A stretch of DNA of 61,889 nt, the filler included, from Platydemus manokwari (taxonomy: Eukaryota), in assembly GCA_037951405.1 (NCBI GenBank). It is 6 parts of 6 records of this genome, joined end to end, with 100 filler letters (N's around TTAATTAATTAA, not from the genome) between each part and the next. Parts side by side here need not be neighbours in the genome. Positions count along the whole stretch, not along the records: positions 9,137 to 20,960 come from JBBMOY010450000.1; positions 21,061 to 30,486 come from JBBMOY011234209.1; 4 more parts are not named here. The stretch is one strand, 5' to 3'. This document shows, piece after piece, positions 12,801 through 26,560 of the stretch. Both the position numbers and the translations under genes were made by a program. How positions within the stretch are numbered: position 1 is the stretch's first letter; every line of letters begins with the position of its first letter. Under the pieces are notes generated by a model that did not search any database, was not told where the DNA came from, and saw nothing but the letters and a program-made list of their open reading frames with translations.

Positions 12801-14705
12801 AAGTAATATTTCTTTAACATAAAATTCAGAATGCCTCATCTCCGTTTTCCTGTTATCTTAATCTAGTTCTAACATAAATCTACTTATAATATATGCTAAT
12901 CACTAAATCCCATCATCGGCAAGAAAGCAGCAGATTAATGAGATATTTTTTTATCCTAGAAAGGCAAGATATTTATATCTTCTGCGTCATTTTTTATGTG
13001 AATATCTTTATTTTCTTCATTATGAAAGCAAAATAATTTTAGCTGAACTTACTCGCTAAAAATCATTCTTTGAAGGAATTTCCTTCCTTTCACTTATCAA
13101 GCACTTACCATTTAATGGACGCTTAAATTTAAACACTTTCAATGGCTTAATTTGTCAGAACAAAATCAAGCTTAAATTTGAAAATTTAATTTCAATGTGT
13201 GGGCTTTCTTCTACAGTCGTTGTGAAATTTCTTCGCTACTACTGTCATTAATGATTTTGGTGTATATTTGTTTGCAAATTCTTTTAATTAAATGAACTTC
13301 GATGACATCATAGTCATCCAATTTTCTCTCTAGTATAAGAAATGTTACTTTCTTATATATTTTGCGGAGTGCCATCTAGTCAAAGGTTTATCAGGTCATC
13401 AGCATCTGGCAAGTGGATTGAGCTTGTTGACCTCATCGACCGTGCCAACAATAACAATCTATCTCAATATGCCTACTTTATGATTGTAGGATTGCTTAGC
13501 TATGCCACTTAACAGACTTTCACTGCACTTCAGCTATTGGCATCACCGAAGACGGTATGAGAAGCTATCCATGAAGCTCTCAAGTTATCACTATGTTAGA
13601 ATCTGACATGATCGCCATACATCGGTTCTTATTAACGTATCTAATGGGCTAAATTTTCAAAATAGAATAGACCCATTCGCAATGCTTCCATGCACTGTGC
13701 TAAACAGAGTGAAGCAATTACACTCACCAGTTTTTTAATACAAAAGTCAATGTTAAAAAATCATGCTGCGGGAAGCAAGTATGATTCTAGAAGCTAAGTT
13801 AGAAGAGACTGTGAGATATTTCATTGTCAACATTCCAAATCGTAGAATTTATGATGATACTAATCACTGCAATTCATTTTAACACGTCTCCGATTGAAAC
13901 ATGGAAAATTGTAGAACAAAAGATGACGTTCTATCAATACAGATTTGAATCACAAGAACTCTCGAATTATTTTTGAAATAAACTTATATTTAAGCTTCTA
14001 GAAATGCATAAAGTAATATTTTTAGGCATTGGCACTTACAATCTCCGAGCAGTACAGAAGTGGTGAATTAAAGTCCTGTAACTCTCTAAACAGAATGAAA
14101 CCTAGTCATCGAGAAAAAGACCCTCAATCCAATACAATTCAGTAGTAAAACTATATTACTATGACTCAGTTAACTGGGAACTTTAAATATGTCATTGATT
14201 TATGCTTCAAAATTTTTCCTTTTCCTAACAATTACAGTTCGGTACCTTTACTCGACTTGGAATCATTTATTGAAATGACTCATCCACTAATTAATTGTTT
14301 GGTTTCATTATTTTTATGGATTTGGTAAGTGAATAATATATTAATATATGATTGATTACTAAAATAATTTATATATTCTGCTAATTTAATAAATTTCATG
14401 ATTTTACTCAGTGATTATTTTCAAGAAGTTAATTCACATTTCCCCCTTATTACAAATAATACTATTTTTATAAAATCTATAAAATCAGATTATACTTCAT
14501 AAAGAAATATAAAGATCTTTAGTTAGTAGAGCTTTAATTAAAAAATTACATTTTAAAAGCATAAAGTAAAATTCTTTTGAAATAATTTAAATTATATAAT
14601 AATCATGATTTGTTTTAAGTAATCAATTGATTTTTCATTTATGACCTTTATTGTGAAGTTATAACTTCATATTTTTAATAAATTAAAGCGATAAAGTTAT
14701 AAAAC

Positions 14706-16490
14706 ATGGAAGAATTTTTCACCTATTCAACGACTCTTAAAAATAGCATTGTTACATGTGCTATCAGTGCTTGTGGATCTTACTTGGCCTTTAATTCTGA
14801 TACTCAAACTTTACAAATTATATCACTAAAATCATTAAGGTATACTTGAATGTTTAGAATGTATTTGATTATAAAATACATTTTTCAATGTTTATATTAT
14901 TCGATATAATTTTTTGTCGTATGAGGTATAATTACTTTATTCTTAAATACATAAATTAATTTAAGTTGGAATCTTTCTAATCAGAATTAAGAAATTTAAT
15001 TATTCTTTTAGTAAAATTTGTTGAATACGTTGTTAATTGATATTTAAATTATTAAATTATCCGAGAAAATATAAAATGAATTATATTTCTCAGACAAACA
15101 TTCTCTCAAAATGGTCAATGTTCAAATGATTCCATCGACGTTATTTTTGAATATAAAATGGGATCTGCAATTCGGTGCATAGATTTCGGTCGGGGTGATG
15201 TTAAAAACATGAGACTACCACACAGATCATCGAAAAGACGAACCAGTTATCCGGTATTGGACAATGTTTGTCTTTTGGCAGTTGGCTTGAAATCCGGTCA
15301 AATTAAAATATATTCACTGATTCCCGGTTGCCATTCATTTGGTAGTCAATCTGTTGTTGAAGGAGCAGGTAAATGAACATTTGTAACGATTAATAATTTC
15401 CTTTTAATGTTTCATAAACTCCTATTTATTCCAGCGACTTGATCCCACCGATAATGCTGGCAAAGATTGCATGTATGTTTCATATTATGTATGATTTTTT
15501 TGTAATTAAATACTTTCTTATAAACATTTTAATACATTCTAATACATTTATGTTGTTCTAATAATTGATAAAATTCTGTGTAATTTGAAATCAAAAATGA
15601 TTTGATTTTTGTCATTCACATAATCAAGAACACAATGAGGCTTTGACAGCAATATTAATGCAGTGATAATCAATTTATATTTCTAGTCGATATTGATATT
15701 CAAACACCACTGTAATATTGCTACAATAAGAACGATACAGACTAACCGAATCCATTAATCGATCATATCGTGTCTACATTTTTACAAGACATCAACAAAA
15801 CAATTGTCGAATTTCATTGGGCAATGAAATACAGTGCGTGTGTGTCGCAATTATATTAGAATCTTTGTATTTCAATGAATTATTGTTTAAATCGAATATT
15901 TTAATTTGTTGTTTGGATTGAATTTTTTGAAAATTTTTTCATTATAAAATTATTGCATAACGTAACAATTTTCAATTTATTCTATTTTATTTGACTTTCA
16001 TTGCATTTCGTTTGAAATAAGAAAACAATTTTCCATATTAATTTCAACATTTTTATTTATTTTCACGAGATATACTCAATGGACGCTTTTTGTAGCTGAA
16101 ACCGGTCATCTTCGTATATTAAAATTTTTGATTTGGTGATTGCTCGCAATTTCTTTATACTGCTTGTTTTTCTGAGGCTCAATCTTGTCTGTTGAATCTG
16201 GATTCGTCCGATTATTATCTAGTATTTGGATATTGATTATTAAGGTGATCTGAATTGAGCTAATGGAACGTTTTTATGTCACTTCATTTATTATTCAGTA
16301 TGTAACATGCTGATCCTAATGGAATCATCACCATTCACAGCTGATTTTCATTTCAAACGACATGCATTTCAGGTGGCTGTTACCAAAACTTATTGATTTT
16401 TCTGTTATAATGTTTTTATAAGATTATTGATATTAGCCAAAGTTGAATAAGACAAAAACTCTAATTTTGAATATTTTTATAATAATTATT

Positions 16491-16530
<40 letters not shown>

Positions 16531-18938
16531 TAATATTACAATAACTAATAAATGCTACAATATAATGATTCGATACTTGGAATCATGGAATATTATTAAT
16601 ATTAGACATGGAAATATTATTTTTAATGTCTTACTGTTTATGTATGAAATAAATGAACTTTTAAATGGTTTAGTAAGAATCAATATCTTCACATAAGAAT
16701 TAATAGAATAAATATTAGCATATTAGCATATCAACGTGATTATATTATTATTATTATGTTGTATAATTATCATTCTTACCATTATGTTTTCAAAACAATG
16801 AAATTTATTTTCAATTGTTCACTGATTTTAATTGTGGTACCAATATACCATTACAATATTATATTGGTTCATCAAAATGACTACAAAATTCATATTAATT
16901 AATAAATTGCACGGCAACATCATAATTCTGTGCTTACTGTTTTACTTTCTCCCGTAAAATACATTTCCTACTTTTCTAAAATCATATTTATTCTACTTTA
17001 TAAAAATGTTTTTTATTTTAACATTAAGTTGGTTAACATTTCATCAAATTATAGAAATAAATAGTGGTTGTCTGTGAATTTTATCTTCCATAGTTTTCAG
17101 GTCAAATTTGAGAAATAAATGAAATATTCCGAGACTACCGTATCATTAATGTTAAAAGAGGATCATTTTTCTTTTTGCTCTTAAGTGCTGGTACGATGAG
17201 TCCGGATTTAGTATTTCTAAAATTGAAAAGTTCGCTGTGATCACATACGTTGGGGTAATTATCTTACTAATCAATACCATTATATATTAAATATTATTGT
17301 GTTTTCGTTTTAGTTTCTTACGGTAACACAATATTTTTTATAATGTAAGGATGTGTATGCATGTGTGTCTGTTCTTGATTGCATCGAAATATTGGCAATT
17401 TATCATTTAATTTCTTCAGCTTTTTTTTCATTTTTAGGAAATGCTAAATTAATTCTACACGACCATTATGAAGATATAGTAACGCTAGCATTTTCTCTCG
17501 ATTGGTCTCTTAGATTGGTTTCAATAAGTGTTGATGGGAAAATGTGTTTTTGGGATATGTGGGATGATGGGAACATGTACAAATCTATTATTCTTCCCAA
17601 TGGATTCAATGTACTTTCTTGTGCTTGGGGTAACAAGAGTAAACAGGTGAGTGGGTCTGTTGTAATACTCATATTGAAATCATTGGTTTTGATATTTTTT
17701 TCCATGACGTTCAGGTATGTGTGACTGGTAAAATTGGAAAGGCCTACATATATCAATCAGAAAAACCATGCGTGAAAATAGCAACATTAGAACAAGTCCA
17801 TCGCAATGATATTACTGCTTGTAGCTATACCTCAGATGATTCTCTCTTAGGAACTTCTTCTTTTGATACAAGTGTTGTCATTTGGTGTGCTGCAACTTAT
17901 AAACCTATGTTGCAAATTTGGTGAGTAGACAGTATTTGAGTAAAAATAATCGATTGTGCAATTAAATTAGTGATTTGAACCATTTACACTGTGATGATTT
18001 TAAAATGAATTAAAATTACAAAGATTTATAATCAGAATTTATATTAAAAATAACAATTTGTTTAAATAGGTCGGTTAAATATAATTTTATATTGTGTGAT
18101 TTTTCAATATGTTTTCAATGCTTGCTTTGTAAATTAGTAGCCGTGTGAACACATCATTATTTTTATTACAATAATAACATTATAATATCATTATCAAAAC
18201 TAAATCTGACAATTTTCTTTGGTTATCTTAGTTTTGGTTATTTTTCCGAAATTTTATTGATGAAAGATGTAGGGTTTGATGATTGAAACTTCGATAATCT
18301 AAATAGGCTGTTAAATTGATATTTTACTCTTCTATTTTCATTTTGTAGCAAATAAGATTTCAAATCTGTTATTTTAAAATACGTCTCCAAGGTTTCATAA
18401 ATTTATTTCTTTATCTATTATCTCTTGATAGTGAGAACCGAAAGAAATATCAGCTTATCCATCATAACCCGAACAAATTTTTTGTTTCAAAATTAAGTCA
18501 GTTTTGGTTAATATTTGATAAGATCTCTTCGTATTTTATTTTACTCTTTCATTGAGAAACGAAATTTCGTTAACTTGAAGGAAATCAAAAATGTCAGAAA
18601 ATTTTACAGAATCAATAAATTGGCTGAGAGTTAGAGATATGTGAAATATTGGCAGTGAGCGAATCAACACAGGATCAAACTATTTACACCCACAGATAGG
18701 AATCAATTATTTTGTCTATCATTTTGTATACATGTATATACATTATTAAGCATTCATACATGATAATTTCACTTACTAAGCATCTCATATCAATCAATAT
18801 TTATTTCATTTTATTATTTTTTAGGCAAACTGGATCGAAACCGTCACTTATAATTATGGGCGGTTCTCACTCCAAATATATTCGTGATTTTGCCTTTTCA
18901 CCCGATTGTGTTAATCTCGTGTCATTATGTGATGATAA
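14706..18938 (+). CDS. WSB1: WD repeat and SOCS box-containing protein (WSB1/2-like), partial; last WD repeat and SOCS box not found before the gap
   Basis: Phase-compatible GT-AG exons 14706-14839, 15094-15368, 17438-17646, 17715-17920, 18825-18938. Peptides LLAVGLKSGQIKIY, LHDHYEDIVTLAF, FWDMWDDGNMYK, HRNDITACSYTSDDSLLGTSSFDTSVVIW and MGGSHSKYIRDFAFSPDCVNLVSLCDDK follow the order of WSB1 motifs (LATGLNNGRIKIW, WDLKDDGNMMK, GGANDRWVRSVSF...SLADDK). The start codon and exon-2 donor are uncertain. Confidence 0.88.
16492..16528. repeat. (TAA)n microsatellite in WSB intron
   Basis: About 12 perfect TAA units. Confidence 0.95.
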
Positions 18939-18963
18939 GTGAGAAATAATAATATTATTAATC

Positions 18964-18994
<31 letters not shown>

Positions 18995-20159
18995 GTATTA
19001 TAGTCTTTGATAATATGTAATAAATCTAAGAGCAATAATTATAATATTTTATTATGATTATTATGATTATTATTAATCTTGTGATTTTCCCTTTGATAAA
19101 GCTTAAGTAACTTAACTAGCTTTACATATTTCTTTAATAAATCAATGATAGCCTTTCTCTTTGAGTTTTTGATAGCGAGTAATAATATTTTTATGGATTT
19201 CGTTTTGAATTTTTTTCTGAATATTACTAAATTATTTTGGTTAATTTTCTTATATATATATATTTAATTAAAACACAATAGCGCACTTTTAACTATACGT
19301 CTCAATTGTTCGCTTGAAGGAAATATATGTATATAATAAATACATGCAGGAATGTCTGTCATTTCATTATGAAATCCGTCTGTCAGCATGATAGATACCA
19401 ATTTCAAACTCTGGTCAACATTTGAATTAAATCTTTCATAAAATTTTATGATAACTCTTGACTCACTAATGGTAGATATGGTTTTTCTTTGTTTTTTCAA
19501 TTTTCATTTCAATATTACTGGACTAAAAGTACAAATTTTCATTCAAAATTCAACTGATAAAAATCATCGGATTATTCGTTTTAGATGTCATCGAATAATT
19601 ATGTAATATTTATTTGAAAATTCCACAATCTTCATCATCATATCCTTTGATTATATGAAAATGAAATAATTTCATTTGATGTTTATGTCATTTTGTTTTG
19701 CCAATACCGACATAAAATAATCTTTGTATGGTAATAAATTTAATTTGTTTAATCAAGCGTGTTATAAATAATTATATATTTATAAATACACCAATTCCAA
19801 CAATTCACATTTGACAGTTTTGATGAATACCATATGTTGCCAAGTTTAACATCATATTTTATTTGTTCTTTAAAACATTGGTTTGATGTTATCAATAACC
19901 GTTTCTGATCAAGCAATGGAGCTAGAGATAATAATTTTATAACATTTGTCAATACTTCTTTGTATAGGGTTATGAATTGAATTTGTTAAGTAATTGTATT
20001 TGTTCATAAAACATTGATAGATTTGATTTGGAAATAATTAAAACATTAATGATAGACATTACTGTTATCAACATCAATTATTTATTTGTTGTAAGTCAAA
20101 AGATTTTTATCACTAAACAAAAACAAGTAGAACTATTTTGATAAACCATAACTACATAA

Positions 20160-20930
20160 TTAGATTTTGTTCAATTTTTAGGTCAAGAAAAGAATTTGTA
20201 AAAAGTGAATTTTCCGACTCTGAATTAAGTGATATAAATATAAGTGTAAAATAACAAGAGATTAGCTAAGAAAATGTCACGTGGTAGTATTATTGGAAAA
20301 CTCTAGTATGCACATTCAAATTCTAAAACAATCTTGAATATGGATGGAATCTGTATATTTTACTGAAAGTCAATGTAAATAAATTAGAGAACTAGCCATG
20401 AAGTTAGAAAATGTCTTGTGATGTCGTTATAAATATATTGAGACAATAAGAAAATGGTCTGAAGTCGAGAAGTTTTAATCGGAATGAAAATATTTGATGA
20501 ATCTTTTAAATCATAGTCGATGATACGTTGCTGATATAATTATAATAATGAAGTAAAAGACAGAATCAGTTATTAATTAGCAAAGATTCGTTGGCGAGTA
20601 TTTAAGTTGATTAGATTAATTGTATTATAATAGGAACCTGATTCTTACGAAGTAAGAATAAAGTTATATGAGTTCAGTAAATTTTAAAAAGTATATATAT
20701 ATATGTATATATGATACTTATAGGTTAAAATCTTCATAGAAATTTTAAACAAAGTAGTTCAATTTAAAATACGATAAAGAGAAAAAGGAATTTTTAAATG
20801 AAGTCGAGAAGTTTGGCCTGTTAATAGACGGGAATATAATTATTGAAAGATAATATGGATGTCATTTAATAAGAGTTAGAATAGAAGCTGTTGCAGATAT
20901 GACCGTGTAACTCCATGATAAACTTAGTTT
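20160..20930 (+). mobile_element. Possible highly decayed LTR retrotransposon integrase remnant
   Basis: aatggtct-gaagtcgagaag-ttttaatcgg (~20453-20482) resembles a frameshifted NGxVERFNR integrase motif. Nothing else is diagnostic. Confidence 0.3.
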
Positions 20931-20960
20931 TTCGGTGCATTTGTTCTTATCTTTTCCATC

Positions 20961-21060
20961 NNNNNNNNNNNNNNNNNNNNNNNNNNNNNNNNNNNNNNNN
21001 NNNNTTAATTAATTAANNNNNNNNNNNNNNNNNNNNNNNNNNNNNNNNNNNNNNNNNNNN
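20961..21060. other. Artificial contig linker
   Basis: N44-TTAATTAATTAA-N44. Confidence 0.98.
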
Positions 21061-21324
21061 ATTACTTTAAATAATGTGAGGATTAATTAAAATAATTAAA
21101 AATAACAACTTTTAAAACATTTTGAAATTTAATATTTTTATATTAAATGTTTTAAAATAATTTAAAAAGTTTTAAAATGTTTTGAAAAAAAAATTTATAA
21201 GTAAAATTTTTAATATATATATATATAATCCTGATCAAGGTAAATATTAAATGATAAAGATCTACAAAATTTGTTTGAATAATGTTTATTTGTTTTAATC
21301 AATAAATTTGTGAAAATCCTAATC

Positions 21325-21381
21325 ATGACTTCTTTTGATGCAACACCAGTAACAAACGAAGTCGCTGCTACTAACATATAA
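21325..21381 (+). CDS. Candidate micropeptide 1, MTSFDATPVTNEVAATNI (18 aa)
   Basis: ATG...TAA followed by two more in-frame TAA. Paralogous to 21523-21594 with synonymous differences. Confidence 0.3.
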   Translation: MTSFDATPVTNEVAATNI

Positions 21382-21522
21382 TAATAAGATAATTTAAAAT
21401 TAATTTAATATTGTGATATATAGACCTGATTAGGATTGATATTGAAACTTTCCGGAATTCTAATTTGTTTAAAAAATTGTATTAAGTGTTGTAAATAAAT
21501 AAATATTAAGAAAATCGTTAGA

Positions 21523-21594
21523 ATGAGTTATTTTGGTGAAACCTCAATTACAAGCGAAGTAGCCGCTACTAACAATATTAATTATAGAATTTGA
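21523..21594 (+). CDS. Candidate micropeptide 2, MSYFGETSITSEVAATNNINYRI (23 aa)
   Basis: ATG aligns with that of copy 1, 198 bp upstream; 10 of 18 residues identical. Confidence 0.3.
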   Translation: MSYFGETSITSEVAATNNINYRI

Positions 21595-22739
21595 AGGTGG
21601 AAATTTTTATAAAAATTCTTTGAAATTAAAATTTTCGACAAACTAAATGTTCGGTAAAAGAAATAATGAAAATTAAGTCATTCATAACAGCTTTAAAATT
21701 AAAATAAATGTTAATATAATGAGAACAAAGATCCAACTAAGCCATTTCTATCTGCAGACAGTAACGCACAAATATCTTAACTTCGAGTTAATATGCTTAG
21801 ACGTATATAAATCGAATATCTATTCCTAAAATCCAAAGCCCGACTAAGAGCAATTCCGACAATAAATTAGAAAGCAGTCGGGAAATTAGATTGTAATGAA
21901 TCCATGACTACTATAATGAACTTTTATTGTTATCACGGTATAATTGTATTTTTCTGCTTTTCAAAAGTCTGTCTGTTATTTCTTTACTTCTTTCATTTAT
22001 TCAAAAAAGCCACAAGCGAGGAATAATAGTAATAATGATAAATTGAAAATGTAGAAGGAATTGCGATTAGAAAAGTAATCAATACAGTGAAAATAAATAA
22101 ATAATTAAAATTCTAATATATATTAAAAAAACTAATCAAGAAATAAAAATTAATGAAGTGAAAGACATAAAACTAGCTTAAAAGAAGACAAAATCAATAC
22201 CATCAGCAAACACTCACAAGTAAAGATAATAATAGTGCATAGAAAAATGCAATCTGAAAATTACGATTGTGCCCTGCTTTTTAATATAAGTATGCAATTA
22301 ACGAATACCAGTCAAAATTTCAAAGAAATTTAAGAAACAAGAAGTTCAATGGCTCTTTTAATGATTCTAAGATTTTTTTCAAGTTATTCTTTTATTATTC
22401 TTTTGACTTCAAGTCGTTTAGTTAGCTAAAGTCAGTGCCTATTAAACACTTTGCAACCATAAAGCTTTTCGTATTAAATTATTTTAACTAGCATTTAAAA
22501 GCTTTTCCTTGTTGAATCATTGTCAACATTACATTCGATTTTTAAATATATCTGTCTATATTCTTCTATATGTTTACCCAACAATCTCTTGGAAGAACGT
22601 GAATCACACCAATCTGGTGATCACAAATTTCGACTTATTGCAAGTCACGTGATTGCGGGTTTTAATATTCAATTATTTGATGTCGTTTTTAAAGTGTACA
22701 TTTACTTTGACTGTTACTGGCAATAACGCTGTGGAAATT

Positions 22740-24300
22740 AATGCAGTAACCACAGGCCAAAAGTGCAAAAAAATATTATAATCACTGTCTAAGAAGGCAC
22801 AATAGGACCTGAACATTGATTTTCAAAAATATGACGGTCAAACCAAAATAAATTCACTAGATGGCTCCAGAATAAGAAAGACTAATTATTAATTAATAAT
22901 CTCAAGTGTTCTTATCCTGTAATTATCAAAGGAAGATTTGATCTTACCGAAAAAATTCAAAAAGCAGCAACTAAAGTAGAAGAAGACTCAAGAAACGGTT
23001 CATGGATACCTTTACAACAATAAAGTCAATTCCGTACGGAATTGTTCAGCAAAATGATTAAAAGGGATAAGCTATACTTGAGATTCCAGTTCAAAATTGG
23101 TGGAATCGATAATTAATTCAAGGTTGAAGTATGAAACAATTGTGAAAGATATTGTTTCTAAGATAGTGCGAAATACAGGCCTAAAGAAAGCTCTTTTGAC
23201 AAATCCAGAGATTGATATGTCCGAAATTGAGTCTGATATTAAGATCTACGAATGGAAAAGAGTATCTGAACTGGTATCCGCTGTTGCAAGTACAAATGGG
23301 ATACAAAGCCAACTTAATCTCAAGTAATAAGAAATAACTTTGGTTAGGGGAATTTTGTAAGTACCAGAGTACTACAATAATCCCAAGAGATTTTGCACCA
23401 TAATTCATCAAGTTTATATCTATGGAGAGCCCAGCCATTTGGGGCACACGAACGTATTCTCGTATATTTTTATTGGTTCTAAAAATAATCGAAAGCTTTT
23501 CAAGAATATATGTATGTTCTGCATGAAGGAAAATTGATCAAAGCAGAGCAAAACAAGTTCTACTACTGCGATATAGTTCAGAATTTATTGAAAAAATTGT
23601 AGTTAATATTACCTACATGGACAATGTCTAAAATAAAATAGTTTTACTTGTCATCATAGACAGGTTTAGAAAGCCTGCATGTCTAATTACTTCATCTGGA
23701 AAGGATTAAAAAAAAACCATTTAGGAGACAACCCTTAATTCATGAAACCCAAAATCATTTTGACATATAGGAAGGAGTAAATAGTTTGAAGGCCATTTCA
23801 TGAATAAAGATTGTGCTAAATTCGATATTCATCGGAAGTTTCTTGCAAAATTCAAAGATATTCCGATCAAAGGGCTCACAAGATGAATTAAGTAATCGAC
23901 TGTAAAATCCAATATCAAAATTATAAGCCATATTATAGGGCTTTATTTCAATACACTTTGCAACAGACTTGTCCCAACATTCAGAAGGGATTTATTAACC
24001 ATAATGTTTCCAAGAATTCGTAAGTTGTGAATATGTTTGTATTATGTTGTAAAGTGCAGCATTGAAATCGTTAATTGTAATTTTTATCATTTTATTTAAT
24101 ATTAATTTGTGGTGATTAATTTGTGTAAACATTTTTGCTTATTGATTGAAACGGAATCGTCGATAGTCTATCTTTGATTATCAAATTATTATCATTGGTG
24201 TCATCGAGTTTAATTGTAAATACAAAGTGCATAAATTTAGACTATCAATTAAGCTTTATCACTTTTGTCACGCTAATTGTCTTCATACAATAAAGTTGTG
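22740..24300 (+). mobile_element. Degenerate Ty3/Gypsy element (gag-like fragment and integrase remnant)
   Basis: Gag-like ORF 23097-23327, then HLGH (~23437) and CMFC (~23511) forming an integrase zinc finger, then LLVIIDRF (23644-23667) from the integrase core. Confidence 0.6.
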
Positions 24301-25479
24301 CTAGGCGAAACCATACCAGTTAATGTTTATTATAACCTTGATCTTAATAATGAACAAGGCTGTTAATTATCTAATAATTCTTATGTGATAATAATTTATG
24401 ATCATAATAATTTGACAACTCGAAATTTATCAAGCACACAAATTCGATAGATAGAGACGGAGGAGAAACGCGTTTGATCGAGTTTAATATTGTAATTGAT
24501 GTCGACAAATTGTTTTTCTGAGCGTCATATGTATTGAAAAAAAGTAAAAAAAACAACTAATAATTCAAGTAAATTCAAGATAAAAATAAGCAAATTTAAG
24601 AAATCGTTAAGAGCACATAGCGGAACGAGTAATCGAAATCATATTATCTACTATTGATAAATAAACAACAGCAACTAATCGCAAACAAACAAGTAGAAGT
24701 GAAACACAAAAAAATAATATAAAAAATACGAAAAACAGTAGAGAATTCACAAAAATTTGCACAGGTCTCTTTCAGAAGGATTTCTGCAGACTCAAAAGAA
24801 AATTGCATAATCTATGAGTAAATTTATTTGTTTAAAATAATAACATTGTCCAATGGGGAATTGTTAGTTGATTAAGCTGCTCAAAGATCTCAAAGAAAAT
24901 TTGACAACTTTCTAAAATACTTCTACATTGACCTCCTTTTTACCAGAATTGGGTAGTTCCCAACCTATGCTTTGACACAGCTACTGGTCAGATATTGGCT
25001 GACTTGTACATTCATACCTTAACTTTAAAAGTAGCAGTCAGGCCATGTCCAAAAATAGAATAACAACAAAAGTTACTAAAAATAGTAACTCATCTATAAC
25101 AGACAAGTAACACATGATACTAAGTATAATATGTTACTAAAAATTGCTATTTATTATTGCAATTATTTTGAAAATTTCTGCAATTCTATGATGGGCAAAT
25201 TTTTCATTATTTTTGTAATAATTAACTGTCGTAATAATTAAGACCCACAGTTATTATTATCCTTGCGTTTCTTTAAAATCCTATAAGTTGTTTATACTTG
25301 GTTCCCCACTTTCACTTTTTACGCCATATCTGTTATCTTGAAGCTACTGTGCTTACATAACTGAATCAGATATTGTCTTCTAGTGTTGTAAAATTATTGC
25401 ACTTACTCAAATATATTTTATTGTTTTATTTTATAATTAGTATTTATAATTTAAATATTATTTGATAATAACAGAGGAT

Positions 25480-26000
25480 TAAATTGCAGCAATAATCTTA
25501 TCTGTTAAAGTCCAGATAAGTTAAAGATTCAAAAGCCTCCTGATACCGCAAATAATATCACATCTTTAACAGTTACTCCATTCTTAAAGACATTGATTTT
25601 AAAGTGATGTCACGATTTCAAGTCTTCTCATTAAAAACGCATCGGCATATATACCCGACATATTCAATGATGGTGTCACTTATTGTTGAATCTAAAATGC
25701 GTAAAACCTATTGATTGAAACAATGTTTATCTCGTGGTTATTTTTGAATTCAAATTATACCAATAAATTGTCTTCATACAATCTCTTCAAGTCTCTAGGA
25801 AGTCTAGCAGTCACGGAGCACATCTACGACGAAAAATATCATATGTTATCCAATCTTAATAAATATTTTATTGATTTTATTGCTTTACTAATCTTACTTC
25901 AATTTGATACCACTACTGTCTTAATCAATCTCAATGATTTCTTGATTTAAACCACAGATGTTATCTACCTTGTTTTATCTAACCTTCGCCTCGTAAAACC
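25480..26000 (+). mobile_element. Possible decayed CR1/L2-type LINE reverse transcriptase fragment
   Basis: Short motifs YCFTNL (~25878) and KTTDVIYL (~25948-25971) appear in the order of the LINE RT motifs SCxTNL...DVIYLDF. Confidence 0.35.
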
Positions 26001-26560
26001 TAATTGTGTGAAGACAATAGATGTAGCAACAGCGATATGTCTTGACTATCAGTTTCAGATTATGCCAATGATAATGTAAACAATAATAATGATTATTGAT
26101 TTATGATTCCTATTTAATCAATAACTAAGATTTACTATTACAAATGTTGCTAATACTAAATGACAATGATACAAACTGGTTAACAAATAAAATAAAAATT
26201 ACAAACTGATTTGAATACTGCGCAATATATCGAACCATATAGCGGATCTTGACGAATTCTTGGAACAAATTACTGTTAATATACCCCACATTCTTAGAGC
26301 AAAACCAGTTACCTCAGGAATCTGACACGCAGCTCGATAATAAGAGATACACGATAAAACTATATTATTGATCAGTATTTTATATAAAATTATAAATAAT
26401 GCATGGTCTTCCAGTAAAATACTGGTCATACATGAATATTGATCACCAAAACTGAATGATTATCTTGTTTATTACTAAATCGCAATCTCGGTGTTGATCT
26501 TATCAGGCTTGTAATAATTAGTCTAGTAATAATTTGTCCAAAAATGTGTCTCCAATATTA

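Noticed and set aside
19749-19952. Possible Polinton polymerase tail or missing WSB SOCS-box exon
   Set aside because: Similarity is too weak (LSLAPLLDQKR), it is on the wrong strand for WSB, and no SLQHLCR-like SOCS motif is visible before the gap.
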